A DNA stretch of 64,000 nt from Prochlorococcus sp. AG-355-B18. GTDB lineage: Bacteria; Cyanobacteriota; Cyanobacteriia; PCC-6307; Cyanobiaceae. The stretch spans positions 1 through 64,000 of the forward strand of contig QCDI01000009.1 of the NCBI GenBank assembly GCA_003280965.1, written 5' to 3'. The stretch's first letter is position 1; every line of letters starts with the position of its first letter. Position numbers and translations under genes: made by a program. Below the pieces are notes generated by a model. That model made no database searches. It was not told the DNA's origin and saw nothing but the letters and a program-made list of their open reading frames with translations. Shown here piece after piece: positions 10,609 to 21,105 of this stretch.

Positions 10609-12030
10609 TTATGCGTCATAGTACATAAAGAACTCATGTGGATGTGGTCTTTGTCTTAATTGTTGTACCTCTTCGTATTTTATATCGATAAAGTTATCAA
10701 TAAAGTCTTCAGTAAATACTCCGCCCGCCAACAAATAATCTTTGTCTGCTTTAAGTGCATTAAGTGAGTCATTAAGAGATGAAGGTACAGTATCAATTTT
10801 TGCAAGTTCCTCAGCTGGAAGCTCAAATAAATCAACATCTACACCATCACCAGGATCTATTTGATTTTTAATTCCATCTATGCCAGCAAGCATCATTACA
10901 GAAAAGGCTAAGTATGGATTTGCAAGTGCATCACCTGATCTGAATTCTAATCTTTTAGCTTTTGGGCTTGGTCCAGTTAAAGGTATTCTAACAGCTGCAG
11001 ATCTGTTGCCCTCAGAATAAACTAGATTTACAGGTGCCTCAAATCCTGGAACTAATCTTTTATAACTATTTGTAGTTGGATTTGTAAATGCTAGGAACGA
11101 AGGAGCATGTTTTAGAATTCCACCAATATACCATCGAGCTGTTTGAGATAAATTAGCATACGCACCTTCGCCAAAGAATAGTGGCTGTCCAGCCTTCCAT
11201 AAACTTTGGTGAACATGCATTCCAGTTCCATTGTCGTTAAATACAGGCTTTGGCATAAAAGTAGCTGTTTTGCCGTACTTTTTAGCCACGTTTCTAACAA
11301 CGTATTTGTACGTCATTACGTTATCTGCTGAATTTATCAAAGAATCAAATTTCATTCCAAGCTCGTGTTGGCCAGCACCAGCAACTTCATGGTGATGTTT
11401 TTCTGTTGGAATACCTAATTCACCCATTAAAAGAAGCATTTCAGATCTGATATCTTGTGCAGTATCATTTGGAGCTACTGGAAAATAACCTTCTTTGTAT
11501 TGGATTTTATATCCCAAGTTTCCGCCTTCTTCTATTCTTCCAGTATTCCATGGAGCTTCTATTGTATCTACACTGTAAAAACAACCACCTTCTTTAGAGT
11601 CATATCTAACATCATCAAATAAAAAGAATTCTGGTTCTGGCCCAAAGAATGCTGTATCAGCTATACCAGTAGAATCTAGGTATTTTAACGCTTTTTGAGC
11701 TAATGATCTTGGACATCTATCATAAGGCTCACCACTTCTTGGCTCTTGAATAGAGCAAATCATACTAAGTGTTTTATGTTTATAAAAAGGATCAATCCAG
11801 GCTGTGGTTGAATCAGGAACCATTGACATATCAGAGGCATTAATTGCTTTCCAACCCCTTATTGATGAACCATCAAATGCTAGACCCTCTGTAAATGATT
11901 CCTCCTCTATCATGTCTGACGTAAGAGTTAAATGTTGCCATTTTCCATGAATGTCTGTGAATTTTAAATCGATTAGTTCAATTCCTTCGTCTTTAATTTG
12001 ACTTAAAACATCTTGTGGAGACTTAGACAT
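10609..12030 (-). CDS. glnA: Glutamine synthetase type I
   Basis: [42 protein letters not shown]. Start set at ATG 12030 (MSKSPQ) because the ORF-track extension overlaps the promoter. Confidence 0.98.
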   Translation of the reverse strand: MSKSPQDVLSQIKDEGIELIDLKFTDIHGKWQHLTLTSDMIEEESFTEGLAFDGSSIRGWKAINASDMSMVPDSTTAWIDPFYKHKTLSMICSIQEPRSGEPYDRCPRSLAQKALKYLDSTGIADTAFFGPEPEFFLFDDVRYDSKEGGCFYSVDTIEAPWNTGRIEEGGNLGYKIQYKEGYFPVAPNDTAQDIRSEMLLLMGELGIPTEKHHHEVAGAGQHELGMKFDSLINSADNVMTYKYVVRNVAKKYGKTATFMPKPVFNDNGTGMHVHQSLWKAGQPLFFGEGAYANLSQTARWYIGGILKHAPSFLAFTNPTTNSYKRLVPGFEAPVNLVYSEGNRSAAVRIPLTGPSPKAKRLEFRSGDALANPYLAFSVMMLAGIDGIKNQIDPGDGVDVDLFELPAEELAKIDTVPSSLNDSLNALKADKDYLLAGGVFTEDFIDNFIDIKYEEVQQLRQRPHPHEFFMYYDA

Positions 12031-12052
12031 AACTTTTGAGATACCTTCTATG

Positions 12053-12094
12053 AAATTAATAACTTGGTGATTCTTATTATGTATCAACGGTAAC
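12053..12094 (-). promoter_or_regulatory. NtcA-activated promoter of glnA (NtcA box plus -10)
   Basis: Minus strand GTT-ACCGTTGA-TAC (12094-12081; one mismatch to GTA-N8-TAC), then 22 nt, then TAATTT (12058-12053; TA-N3-T). This is the canonical class II NtcA geometry. Confidence 0.8.
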
Positions 12095-12230
12095 TTTTTT
12101 CAAGACTAGATGTCTTCTTTCAGTGTTTCAAGTTATAAGTTTAATAATTGTTTACTTAAATATTTAAATTGAATGAATTTCTCTAAATATTTATCGCTTA
12201 TGTGATGAAATTAGTTTAATTTAAAAGTAA

Positions 12231-13430
12231 TTGGATGTTAATGCTTTGACAGAGGCAAAACTTATTTCGACATTAAATGAAGAGAACTTATCTCATTTCT
12301 CCAAGACTTACGTTCCCTCTCGGCTTTTATTAGGACCTGGCCCTTCAAATGCACACCCAGAAGTATTAAATGCACTTTCTCTTAATCCTATTGGTCATTT
12401 AGATGAAGCATATATTTCATTGATGTCTGATGTGCAGCAACTCTTAAGGTATACCTGGCAGTGTAGTAATCGACTTACTCTTCCAATGAGTGGTACAGGT
12501 AGTGCAGCGATGGAGGCTTCAATAGCTAATTTTATAGAGGAGGGAGAAAAAATTCTTATTGCTAAAAAAGGATATTTTGGAGACAGACTAGTTGATATGG
12601 CTACAAGATATAAAGCTGATGTTTCCGTTATCGAAAAACCTTGGGGTGAGGCTTTTTCCTATGAAGAAATTAAGTATGAAATAGAGACCAAAAAACCAGC
12701 CATATTTGCTATTGTTCACGCCGAAACATCAAGCGGTGTTTTACAACCTCTCGATGGAATTGGAGATATATGTAAAAAAAATAATTGCTTGTTTTTAGTT
12801 GATGCAGTTACTTCTCTTGGCGCATTAGAACTATTGATTGATGAATGGAATATTGATTTGGCATATAGTTGTAGCCAGAAGGGATTAAGCTGTCCGCCAG
12901 GATTAAGTCCTTTTACTATGAATAAAAGAGCTGAAGATAAGCTTAGTTCAAGAAAAACAAAAGTCCCTAACTGGTATTTAGATTTATCTCTTTTAAATAA
13001 ATATTGGGGATCTGACCGTGTTTATCACCATACAGCTCCCGTAAACATGAATTTTGCAATTCGTGAAGGCTTACGGTTAATTGCTAATGAAGGTTTAGAG
13101 AATGTTTGGAATAGACATAATATTAATGCAAAAAAACTATGGAATGGTTTAGAGAGTCTTGGCATGGAATTACATGTTTCAAAGGATTATAGATTGCCAA
13201 CTCTAACAACAGTTAAGATTCCTCCAGCGGTTGACGGAGATGGATTTAGAAATCATCTATTACGAAATTTTGGAATAGAAATAGGAAATGGTCTTGGAGA
13301 ATTATCTGGAAAGGTATGGCGTATAGGTCTAATGGGTTATAATTCAAGCGATGAGAATGTTGACAGATTATTAAACCTTTTTGATACTGAATTAAAAAAA
13401 TATTCTATTTTTGAATCCTCAACTTTTTGA
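12231..13430 (+). CDS. spt: Alanine-glyoxylate / serine-pyruvate aminotransferase (class V PLP)
   Basis: LLGPGPSN, SGTGSAAMEA, HAETSSG, DAVTSLG, SCSQKGL, YHHTAP, WRIGLMG. The true start may be TTG 12246. Confidence 0.9.
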   Translation: MDVNALTEAKLISTLNEENLSHFSKTYVPSRLLLGPGPSNAHPEVLNALSLNPIGHLDEAYISLMSDVQQLLRYTWQCSNRLTLPMSGTGSAAMEASIANFIEEGEKILIAKKGYFGDRLVDMATRYKADVSVIEKPWGEAFSYEEIKYEIETKKPAIFAIVHAETSSGVLQPLDGIGDICKKNNCLFLVDAVTSLGALELLIDEWNIDLAYSCSQKGLSCPPGLSPFTMNKRAEDKLSSRKTKVPNWYLDLSLLNKYWGSDRVYHHTAPVNMNFAIREGLRLIANEGLENVWNRHNINAKKLWNGLESLGMELHVSKDYRLPTLTTVKIPPAVDGDGFRNHLLRNFGIEIGNGLGELSGKVWRIGLMGYNSSDENVDRLLNLFDTELKKYSIFESSTF

Positions 13431-13920
13431 ACCAAATCTGTAAAATATGAGTGCATTCGTCTTCTAGAATGCCTCCAATTATTTCCATTTTGTGATGAGC
13501 ACTTTCATGTTTTGACAAGTCAATTGAGCCACCTAATCCACCTCTTTTCTTATCGTATGCACCAAAAATAACTTTACCCATTCTCGCTTGAATAAGAGCA
13601 GAGGAACACATAGTACAAGGTTCTAAATTTGTGATTATGGTACATTCATTAAATCTCCAATCATTTTTAATTAGAGATGCCTGCCTAAGTGCCATTATTT
13701 CAGCATGACCCAATGGGTCTTTATTTATATTCCTCCTGTTAACCCCTCTTCCAATACATCTTCCTCTCTCATCTAAAATTATTGAAGAGATTGGCAACTC
13801 AACTTTTCCAATTTCTTTTGATCTTCTTAATATCGAATTCATCCACATAGTGTATTTTGAATTATTTTTTTCTTCTTGTTTATCCTTATTACTATTTCCA
13901 TTTTCAAAAATATACCTCAT
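13405..13920 (-). CDS. tadA: tRNA adenosine deaminase TadA-like nucleoside deaminase
   Basis: HAE and EPCTMC zinc motifs, VIFGAYDKK.GG.GGS. Confidence 0.88.
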   Translation of the reverse strand: MRYIFENGNSNKDKQEEKNNSKYTMWMNSILRRSKEIGKVELPISSIILDERGRCIGRGVNRRNINKDPLGHAEIMALRQASLIKNDWRFNECTIITNLEPCTMCSSALIQARMGKVIFGAYDKKRGGLGGSIDLSKHESAHHKMEIIGGILEDECTHILQIWFKKLRIQK

Positions 13921-13963
13921 TTACCAATATTGAGAATAAACTTATTAATAGATATCCTATCTG

Positions 13964-15355
13964 ATGACTGAAGATTTAATTAATAATAAAGATATATATT
14001 TCCCTTCGTATTTAGGGACTAATGACAAATTGATTAATCTTCTGAATAAAGCAAGTCAAACTCTTTGTGATTGGTTCTCTAAAGCAGATAAAAATGGTCC
14101 TTTACCTTTTGATGAGAATTTCAAGTGCAATATGCCTGAGGAAGTTGGCAACTCTGCAGAAGTTTTGTTCTCTGAGATCGAATCTCTTTTGAATAATTCA
14201 TTTAATCCCGTTCATCCTGGCTCTCTAGCTCACCTTGATCCACCACCTTTAATTTTCTCTATTTTAGGAGATTTAATTGCTGCTGGTTTAAATAATAATC
14301 TTCTTGCTTACGAGTTATCTCCAAGCGTTACTTTGCTTGAAGAATCTTTATGCAAATGGTTTGCAAAGAAAATAGGGTTTAATGATTCCTCAGGCGGTAT
14401 AGCAGCTAGCGGAGGCACTTTAAGTAATTTGAATGCACTCATAGCAGCTAGAAATAATGCTGGATTGGGTTCAAATCCTAATTCTGTATTACTTATTAGT
14501 GATGATGCTCATTCTTCTTTCATTAAATGTATAAGAATAATGGGTCTTGATGCTGCAAATCTTGTCAGGATTAAAACCGACAATCAAGGTCGTATGGATA
14601 TAAACAATCTCAGAAAATCTTTAAATAAATGTTTAATAGAAAATAAAAAAATATTTGCTATAGTCGCTACCCTTGGGACAACAGTGAGAGGAGCCATTGA
14701 TCCCATTAAAGAAATAAGTGAGATATGTAAAGAGAGAAATATATGGTTACATATTGATGGCTCAATTGGAGGTATTTTTGCTTTAAGTTCAATTCAAATA
14801 GAAGGTTTAAATAATATTAATCAGGCTAATTCGATAACGATAAATCCCCAGAAAATAATTGGAATAACAAAGACTTCATCTTTGTTATTGGTTGCAAATA
14901 TGAATACTTTACAAAAGACCTTCTCTACTGGACTACCATACATATCATCTAAAGAAGATATTGTTAACAGAGGAGAAATAGGAATACAAGGTTCAAGACC
15001 TGCAGAGGTTATAAAACTATGGCTTGGGTTACGTTTTTTAGGACTTAATGGAATAGAAGATATATTAAAATCATCAATTAAGAGAAAGGATTTTTTTATA
15101 GATCATATTGTTAAAAATAAATTTGAAATATATTCAGGTCCATTGCATATTGTTTCATTCATACCTAAAGGACTTACAGCAAAAGATACAGATTTCTGGA
15201 CTCATTCTAAAGTTAATGAACTAATGAAAAATAATTATATGCTTTCCAGACCAAAGTTTAAAGGTAAATATTATTTACGAGTCGTCATGGGGAACTACAA
15301 TACAACAGATTCTCATATTGAAGAACTTTTGAGATTTTTGGACGCCTATCAATGA
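13964..15355 (+). CDS. Group II PLP-dependent amino acid decarboxylase
   Basis: SGGTLSNLNAL, AHSSF.K, ATLGTTVRGAIDP, WLHIDG, NPQK (PLP lysine), QGSRP. Confidence 0.88.
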   Translation: MTEDLINNKDIYFPSYLGTNDKLINLLNKASQTLCDWFSKADKNGPLPFDENFKCNMPEEVGNSAEVLFSEIESLLNNSFNPVHPGSLAHLDPPPLIFSILGDLIAAGLNNNLLAYELSPSVTLLEESLCKWFAKKIGFNDSSGGIAASGGTLSNLNALIAARNNAGLGSNPNSVLLISDDAHSSFIKCIRIMGLDAANLVRIKTDNQGRMDINNLRKSLNKCLIENKKIFAIVATLGTTVRGAIDPIKEISEICKERNIWLHIDGSIGGIFALSSIQIEGLNNINQANSITINPQKIIGITKTSSLLLVANMNTLQKTFSTGLPYISSKEDIVNRGEIGIQGSRPAEVIKLWLGLRFLGLNGIEDILKSSIKRKDFFIDHIVKNKFEIYSGPLHIVSFIPKGLTAKDTDFWTHSKVNELMKNNYMLSRPKFKGKYYLRVVMGNYNTTDSHIEELLRFLDAYQ

Positions 15356-15489
15356 ATATCGGTAGATCAAAGATTATTGCAATCATAACAGGGTTTATAT
15401 CTATAGCCATTTGTATTGCTTACTTACTTTTAATAACTATTTTTGATTTCAGAACTTATCTTAATGATCAATTATTAAAAATTACATAG
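15352..15489 (+). CDS. Small single-TM protein, 45 aa (MNIGRSKIIAIITGFISIAICIAYLLLITIFDFRTYLNDQLLKIT), not in ORF track
   Basis: ATG overlaps the decarboxylase TGA (ATGA), TAG at 15487-15489. Fills the gap exactly. The RSKIIAI.TG.IS...AYL...DFR pattern resembles a small cyanobacterial protein as I recall it. Confidence 0.7.
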   Translation: MNIGRSKIIAIITGFISIAICIAYLLLITIFDFRTYLNDQLLKIT

Positions 15490-16981
15490 TGAATGGAGGC
15501 AAACTTTTCTTTGATTCAAGATACTTACTTATTTCAATTTTTGAAGTAGCTTCTTTTACAAAGTTATTTAAAATGTCTTCTCGCTTACTTATTTTGTATA
15601 TCTTATCCACAACCTCCTGAATTCCACCATCTCCCCAATCTTGCCCATTTTTAAAATATTCAATCAAACTTAGTCCTACTATTTTTATTATCCAGCCTGC
15701 TGTAATTGATTGTATCGATTTAGATATTATTATTTTGGTCAAACTTGTAGCTAAAGCGTTAGAAATAATGGAGAGACCACCTTTTAGGATCCCTTGTTTA
15801 GCCAAAGCGCTTAGCAATGATTTTGATAAATCTTTTGCATCTTTTTTAGTAAGTTTAATTTCATATATCTTTGATAATTCCATTATCATTTGTAAATTAA
15901 CCGAGGTGGTTGTAAGAAAATCTACAGCTGGAAGAGGATTAACTAGTATTACCCCTCCAGTTATCCACATATATTTTTTTATAACTTTGTTTGACATTAA
16001 ATATCTTTGTTCTTCCAAGAAATTTTTACTCTTGATACCTAACTTATTCGAGCGAAAAAGTATATTATCTGCCAATAGCTCTTCCCCATTATTATCGAGA
16101 GTTTCAATTATTTCTTTAAATAAACTTCCTACCTCTGGATTTAAAATTAAGGCATCTGATTTTAGATAAGAAGATTGTTTAGGTAGTGCTATTGTTTGAA
16201 CTACAGAAATTTTATTTTTTTTAGCAGAAGTTATAGAACTTATATTATTTTTGATGAGGTTGTTTTCATCTCTAGACCTTAAGTCGCATTTATTTAGAAC
16301 TATTATTATTTTTTTGCCTATTTTCAATAATTCTTTAATTAAATAATTTTCATATTTGTTTATGTCTTGATCAACAACAAAAAGAATTAAGTCAGAATTT
16401 GTTGCTTGTAAAATTGTCGCCTTTTCTCTTTCTTCGCCTAACTTAGATGGTTCGAATAACCCTGGAGTATCAATTATATTAATGTTTCTTTTTAAGATTG
16501 GGATACGTATTTTATAGCTATTAATTTTCTTTGTTGTACCTATTTTTGCTGAAGTTTTTCCGACAATATTTTTCAATAAAGATCTTGCTATAGATGTTTT
16601 TCCTGAGGAACCTGCTCCAAAAAGAGTAACTTTATAATCCCCTGTTTTTAATTGAGACTTTAGTTTATTTTTTTGATAATTTAACAGTTCAACCTTTACT
16701 TGATCATTAATTTTTTCATTAATTTGTTCGATACCTTCCAAACTTATCTTGGCGGCACCATATGTATTTTTGAATGAAAGCGAATTCTTTTTATTTTTGA
16801 ATATAACTTTATAAACTATTTTTTTAAATAACTTTTTATCAACATTATAAAATATATAAATAATAATTATTAAAAATAAAAACGTATAAATATTTATTAT
16901 TCTTACTAATATCGAAATTAAGATATATATTAATAAAATAATGAAAAAATATTTTGTATACTTTAATTTAGGGTATTTCAT
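15482..16981 (-). CDS. Membrane-anchored GTPase with C-terminal DUF697/YcjF-like domain
   Basis: N-terminal TM segments, G1 GAGSSGKT, G3 DTPG, G4 NKCD, and NPLPAVDF...QMIMELSKIY. Confidence 0.85.
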   Translation of the reverse strand: MKYPKLKYTKYFFIILLIYILISILVRIINIYTFLFLIIIIYIFYNVDKKLFKKIVYKVIFKNKKNSLSFKNTYGAAKISLEGIEQINEKINDQVKVELLNYQKNKLKSQLKTGDYKVTLFGAGSSGKTSIARSLLKNIVGKTSAKIGTTKKINSYKIRIPILKRNINIIDTPGLFEPSKLGEEREKATILQATNSDLILFVVDQDINKYENYLIKELLKIGKKIIIVLNKCDLRSRDENNLIKNNISSITSAKKNKISVVQTIALPKQSSYLKSDALILNPEVGSLFKEIIETLDNNGEELLADNILFRSNKLGIKSKNFLEEQRYLMSNKVIKKYMWITGGVILVNPLPAVDFLTTTSVNLQMIMELSKIYEIKLTKKDAKDLSKSLLSALAKQGILKGGLSIISNALATSLTKIIISKSIQSITAGWIIKIVGLSLIEYFKNGQDWGDGGIQEVVDKIYKISKREDILNNFVKEATSKIEISKYLESKKSLPPFTM

Positions 16982-16982
16982 A

Positions 16983-17441
16983 TTATCCTTTGCTTTTAAA
17001 AATGTTGTATAATAAGAAAATAAAACCTATATTTATTGATATATCAGCAATATTAAATACTGGAAAATTTATAAAATTCAAATTGATAAAATCAATTACA
17101 AAACCTCTTAAAATCCTATCCATTCCATTACCAATAGTTCCGCCAAGAATAAAACTATATGAATATAGATCAATTAATTTTAGGCTGTTTTTCCTTAATA
17201 TTAAATAAGTAAGTAATATTGAAAAAATAATACTTATGCAAGATAAAAATATTCTATTGCCACTAAATATGTTAAATGCTGCACCGTAATTTTTTACAAA
17301 GTCTAATCTAAATAAAAGAAAATCTTTATTTAGAAATTTTTTATAATTATAAAACATTAAATATTTTGTAAATTGATCTAAGATAATAATAAAAATACTA
17401 CAAGATATAAAATATAATTTTGTTTGATTTTTGTTAATCAT
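16983..17441 (-). CDS. lspA: Lipoprotein signal peptidase II
   Basis: DQFTK, NYGAAF, GNGMDR, VIDFI, FPVFNIAD. Confidence 0.96.
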   Translation of the reverse strand: MINKNQTKLYFISCSIFIIILDQFTKYLMFYNYKKFLNKDFLLFRLDFVKNYGAAFNIFSGNRIFLSCISIIFSILLTYLILRKNSLKLIDLYSYSFILGGTIGNGMDRILRGFVIDFINLNFINFPVFNIADISINIGFIFLLYNIFKSKG

Positions 17442-18010
17442 TATTTGCTTTTCTTAAAATGTTTAATAGGTTTAATAAGTAATAAAAGTGGTAATAGCAT
17501 TAAGAAATGATATCCAATTTTACCTAAAGAATATTTCCCTAAATTATATAAAAATATATTAAAATTACTGAAAAATATAATCTGTATAAAGTTGTAAAAT
17601 ATTCCAGTTAAATGTAAAGCACATATTGCTATAAATCCTTTTATTAAAAAATTGCCAAAATTTATTTTATTTCTCTTATTTAAATTATCAATTATTTTGA
17701 TTAATGGATATAGACCTAACAAATAACCAAAATTTGGTGTGAGTAAATATCCTATTGAACCTCCTTGATGGAAGACTGGAACTATAAATAATCCTAAAAA
17801 TATATAAATAAAAAATGCTTTTAAAACAACTTCCTTTTGAAAAATGAGTGTTAACAAAATTATAGTTGGAATTTGCCATGTGATAGGTATTTCAAAGCTA
17901 TTTATAGGTTTGTTGATAAGTTGTAGTGGTATATAAACAGGTAGCATCGTTGTTATTACTAGTGATTGAAGACTCACCAGTATCTCAATTAATTTATAAA
18001 AATTGAGCAT
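17441..18010 (-). CDS. bioY: Biotin ECF S-component BioY
   Basis: PITWQ, YIFLGLFIVPVFHQGGSIGYLLTPNFGYLLG. Confidence 0.88.
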   Translation of the reverse strand: MLNFYKLIEILVSLQSLVITTMLPVYIPLQLINKPINSFEIPITWQIPTIILLTLIFQKEVVLKAFFIYIFLGLFIVPVFHQGGSIGYLLTPNFGYLLGLYPLIKIIDNLNKRNKINFGNFLIKGFIAICALHLTGIFYNFIQIIFFSNFNIFLYNLGKYSLGKIGYHFLMLLPLLLLIKPIKHFKKSK

Positions 18011-18025
18011 GATTATAAATTCTAT

Positions 18026-19258
18026 TTATAAACTTCTCAATGCAACAATTGGATCTAATTTAGAAGCTCTTTTTGCAGGTAAAACACCGAAGATTAAACC
18101 TATTGAGCCTGAAATGATCATCGTGGAAATAGTTGTTGTAATTCCTACAGATGCTGGAAGTGGTGTTATCAGAGATAAAAGAAAAACACCTGATAATCCA
18201 GTTGATGTTCCTATTAATCCTCCAATTGTAGATAAAATCAATGCCTCGATTAAAAATTGAATCAATATATCTGACTGTTTAGCTCCTATTGCTTTTCTAA
18301 GACCAATTTCTTCAGTCCTTTCGCTGACAGAAACGAGCATAATATTCATGATTCCTATTCCTCCAACCACTAAAGATACGGCCCCAATACCTGCCAATAA
18401 AAACGTGAGCCCACTTGTTATGTTAGTTACTATATTTAATGCATCTTCTTGTGATCTAACGGCAAAGTCATCATCTCTTATTATTTTATGTCTTTGTCTT
18501 AACAAGTTAGTAATTTGAAATTTAGCGGCACTGGTTGCATTTTTATTTATCGCTTCAACACTAATGAAGCTTAAACTTACACCATATGTAGGATCCTTCC
18601 CAGTAATCCTATTTACCATGGTGGTTAATGGAATATAAGCATTTTTGTCTTGATTACTTCCAAATACGGCACCTTTTGGTTTTAATGTTCCGATAATTTC
18701 ATAAGTATGATCTTTAATTCTAATTTTTTTGCCAATTGATGAAGATATATCTTTGAAAAATTCGTCTTTAAGATCAGGACCTATTACTACGTAACTTCTT
18801 GCACTATTAACATCACTTTTTGTTATAAATCTTCCCTTATCTACTTCAAAGCTTCTTACATCAAGAAATTCAGGTGTAACTCCTGCAATTGATATATTTA
18901 GGCTTTTAGAATTTGATTGCACAATTTCGTTAGCAGAGATTTGAGGAGCAACCTTTTTAACTGTTGGGACCTGATTACTTATTGCTACTGCATCATCTAA
19001 AACAAGGTTTTTAGGAAATGAAATGCCTCTCCTTCTCGTGTCATTATTTCCAGGAACAATGAATAATACATTTGCGCCTAAATTACTTAATTGGTTTTTT
19101 GCTAATGTTTGAGCTCCTCTTCCGAGTCCAACAAGTGTAATAACTGATGCATTTCCTATAATTATCCCCAGCATTGTTAAAGAACTTCTCAACTTGTTTG
19201 ATGTTAAAGTTTTTGTAGCCATTCCTAAGGCTTCTTTTATTGAAATATTCCTAGACAT
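18026..19258 (-). CDS. MacB/FtsX-family ABC transporter permease
   Basis: KLRSSLTMLGIIIG and VGGIGIMNIMLVSVSERTEEIGLRKAIGA. Confidence 0.92.
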   Translation of the reverse strand: MSRNISIKEALGMATKTLTSNKLRSSLTMLGIIIGNASVITLVGLGRGAQTLAKNQLSNLGANVLFIVPGNNDTRRRGISFPKNLVLDDAVAISNQVPTVKKVAPQISANEIVQSNSKSLNISIAGVTPEFLDVRSFEVDKGRFITKSDVNSARSYVVIGPDLKDEFFKDISSSIGKKIRIKDHTYEIIGTLKPKGAVFGSNQDKNAYIPLTTMVNRITGKDPTYGVSLSFISVEAINKNATSAAKFQITNLLRQRHKIIRDDDFAVRSQEDALNIVTNITSGLTFLLAGIGAVSLVVGGIGIMNIMLVSVSERTEEIGLRKAIGAKQSDILIQFLIEALILSTIGGLIGTSTGLSGVFLLSLITPLPASVGITTTISTMIISGSIGLIFGVLPAKRASKLDPIVALRSL

Positions 19259-21044
19259 ATTTATATTTATCTACTGCATCATCATCATCTTCAATTTGCC
19301 CCATGTATATTACACCCTCATTAAGCTGCAATGTAATAAGATCGCCATTACTAATTTGATGGTTATCCATTTTTTCTAAATTACAAATTGTAGAAATCTT
19401 TTTATTATTTTTGTTATACAAAGCATAAACTTCATCTACATTTTGATTTGTTACGATGCCAGCGATGTTTTTACTGAGTGGAATATTTTCCATTAGTTCT
19501 TCTGGAACAAATATTATTTCTCCTGGACAAATTAAGGACATATCAAGATTATTTTTTATTATTCTTGCTTTACCTGTAACACCGATTTCCCCTATTGAAA
19601 TTCCTCTTGTTACAATTTTCCTCACTAAACCGACTTTTATTAAATCTGTAGATCCACTAATACCAGTTAATGTACCAGCAGTTTGAACTACTAAATCTCC
19701 TTGATTTAGGATCCCCATCTCCTGTGCAATTTGCATAGCCAAACTAAAGGTTTTAGCTGTTCTTTCATCATTTTTAACTACTATGGGAGTAACTCCCCAA
19801 ACAAGTTGTAATCTTCTCGCTACACTCCTCTCTGTAGTTGTTGCCAAGATAGGGGTAGGTGGTCTAAATTTACTTACATTTCGAGCAGTAGAGCCTGATT
19901 TAGTTAATGGGATTATGGCTCCAGCTTCAAGTTGTCTAGCTATATTACTTACTGCTGCACTAATAGCATTTGGAATCGTACTTGGTAAGTGGCTCTCAAT
20001 AGCTTTAAGAGGATAGTCCCTTTCAATTCTTCTTGCTATAGTTGCCATCGTTTGTACAGCCTCTACAGGATAATCACCAACTGCAGTTTCGTTTGAGAGC
20101 ATTACCGCATCTGTTCCATCCAATATTGCATTGGCAACATCACTAACTTCGGCCCTTGTTGGTCTTGGATTCGAAGCCATAGAATCAAGCATTTGAGTAG
20201 CTGTAATTATTGGTATACCTAATGAATTAGCTTTTCTTATTAATTCCTTTTGTAAAAGGGGAACTTCTTCAGCAGGCATTTCAACTCCTAAATCACCTCT
20301 TGCGACCATAACACCATCACATAAGGGTAAAACAGTATCAATTTGATCAATTGCCTCAAATTTTTCTATTTTTGCGACTACAGGAGTTGAATGACCATTT
20401 TTGTTTATTAAATCTTTTATCTCGTTTATATCGGATGGATTTCTAACGAAACTTAGGGCTATCCAGTCAACTCCTTCAGATAATCCGAATTTTAAATCCT
20501 CTTTATCTTTTTCTGTTAATGCTTTTACGGATAATTGAACATCTGGGAAATTTACACCTTTATTATTTGAAAGTACCCCTCCAACAGTTACCAGACATTC
20601 TAAAAGATTAGCTTTTATATCTACTTTTTCTACAATCATTTCGATTTTGCCATCATCCAAAAGTATTCTTTTCCCTTCGCTAACTTCTTTAGAAAGTTTT
20701 TCGTAGGTAACATTGGCAATAGTTTTTGAACATTCAACCTCATTTGATGTGAGTGTAAATTTATCACCTTTTTTGACTTTTACTGGACCATCTTTAAAGC
20801 GACCTAATCTTATTTTTGGTCCTTGAAGATCTTGTAATATTCCAATATCTATATCTAACTTTTTTGATACTTCTCTTATGGTTTTTATCCTCTCAGCATG
20901 ATCTTTATGATCTCCATGGGAGAAATTTAATCTGAATGTTGTTACTCCAGCCTTAATTAAATCTGTAATTATTTCTTCAGACTGGGTTGCAGGGCCAATT
21001 GTTGCAACTATTTTTGTTCTTCTTTTTAAATCAATATTCGACAT
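19251..21044 (-). CDS. pyk: Pyruvate kinase (long cyanobacterial form with C-terminal extension)
   Basis: RRTKIVATIGPA, RLNFSHG, DLQGPKIR, MVARGDLGVE, TRAEVSDVANAILDGTD. Confidence 0.98.
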   Translation of the reverse strand: MSNIDLKRRTKIVATIGPATQSEEIITDLIKAGVTTFRLNFSHGDHKDHAERIKTIREVSKKLDIDIGILQDLQGPKIRLGRFKDGPVKVKKGDKFTLTSNEVECSKTIANVTYEKLSKEVSEGKRILLDDGKIEMIVEKVDIKANLLECLVTVGGVLSNNKGVNFPDVQLSVKALTEKDKEDLKFGLSEGVDWIALSFVRNPSDINEIKDLINKNGHSTPVVAKIEKFEAIDQIDTVLPLCDGVMVARGDLGVEMPAEEVPLLQKELIRKANSLGIPIITATQMLDSMASNPRPTRAEVSDVANAILDGTDAVMLSNETAVGDYPVEAVQTMATIARRIERDYPLKAIESHLPSTIPNAISAAVSNIARQLEAGAIIPLTKSGSTARNVSKFRPPTPILATTTERSVARRLQLVWGVTPIVVKNDERTAKTFSLAMQIAQEMGILNQGDLVVQTAGTLTGISGSTDLIKVGLVRKIVTRGISIGEIGVTGKARIIKNNLDMSLICPGEIIFVPEELMENIPLSKNIAGIVTNQNVDEVYALYNKNNKKISTICNLEKMDNHQISNGDLITLQLNEGVIYMGQIEDDDDAVDKYKYV

Positions 21045-21105
21045 ATATAAATAATATTGCTAGATATAAATAAATTTACCATACCCAAAGTTAGTTGTTT
21101 AAGTC

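Noticed and set aside
12031..12087. N-terminal extensions in the ORF track for glnA (also dxs 23943-23987, dnaJ 34391-34423, cobN 56095-56124)
   Set aside because: They overlap promoter elements or upstream genes. Downstream ATGs give the familiar N-termini.
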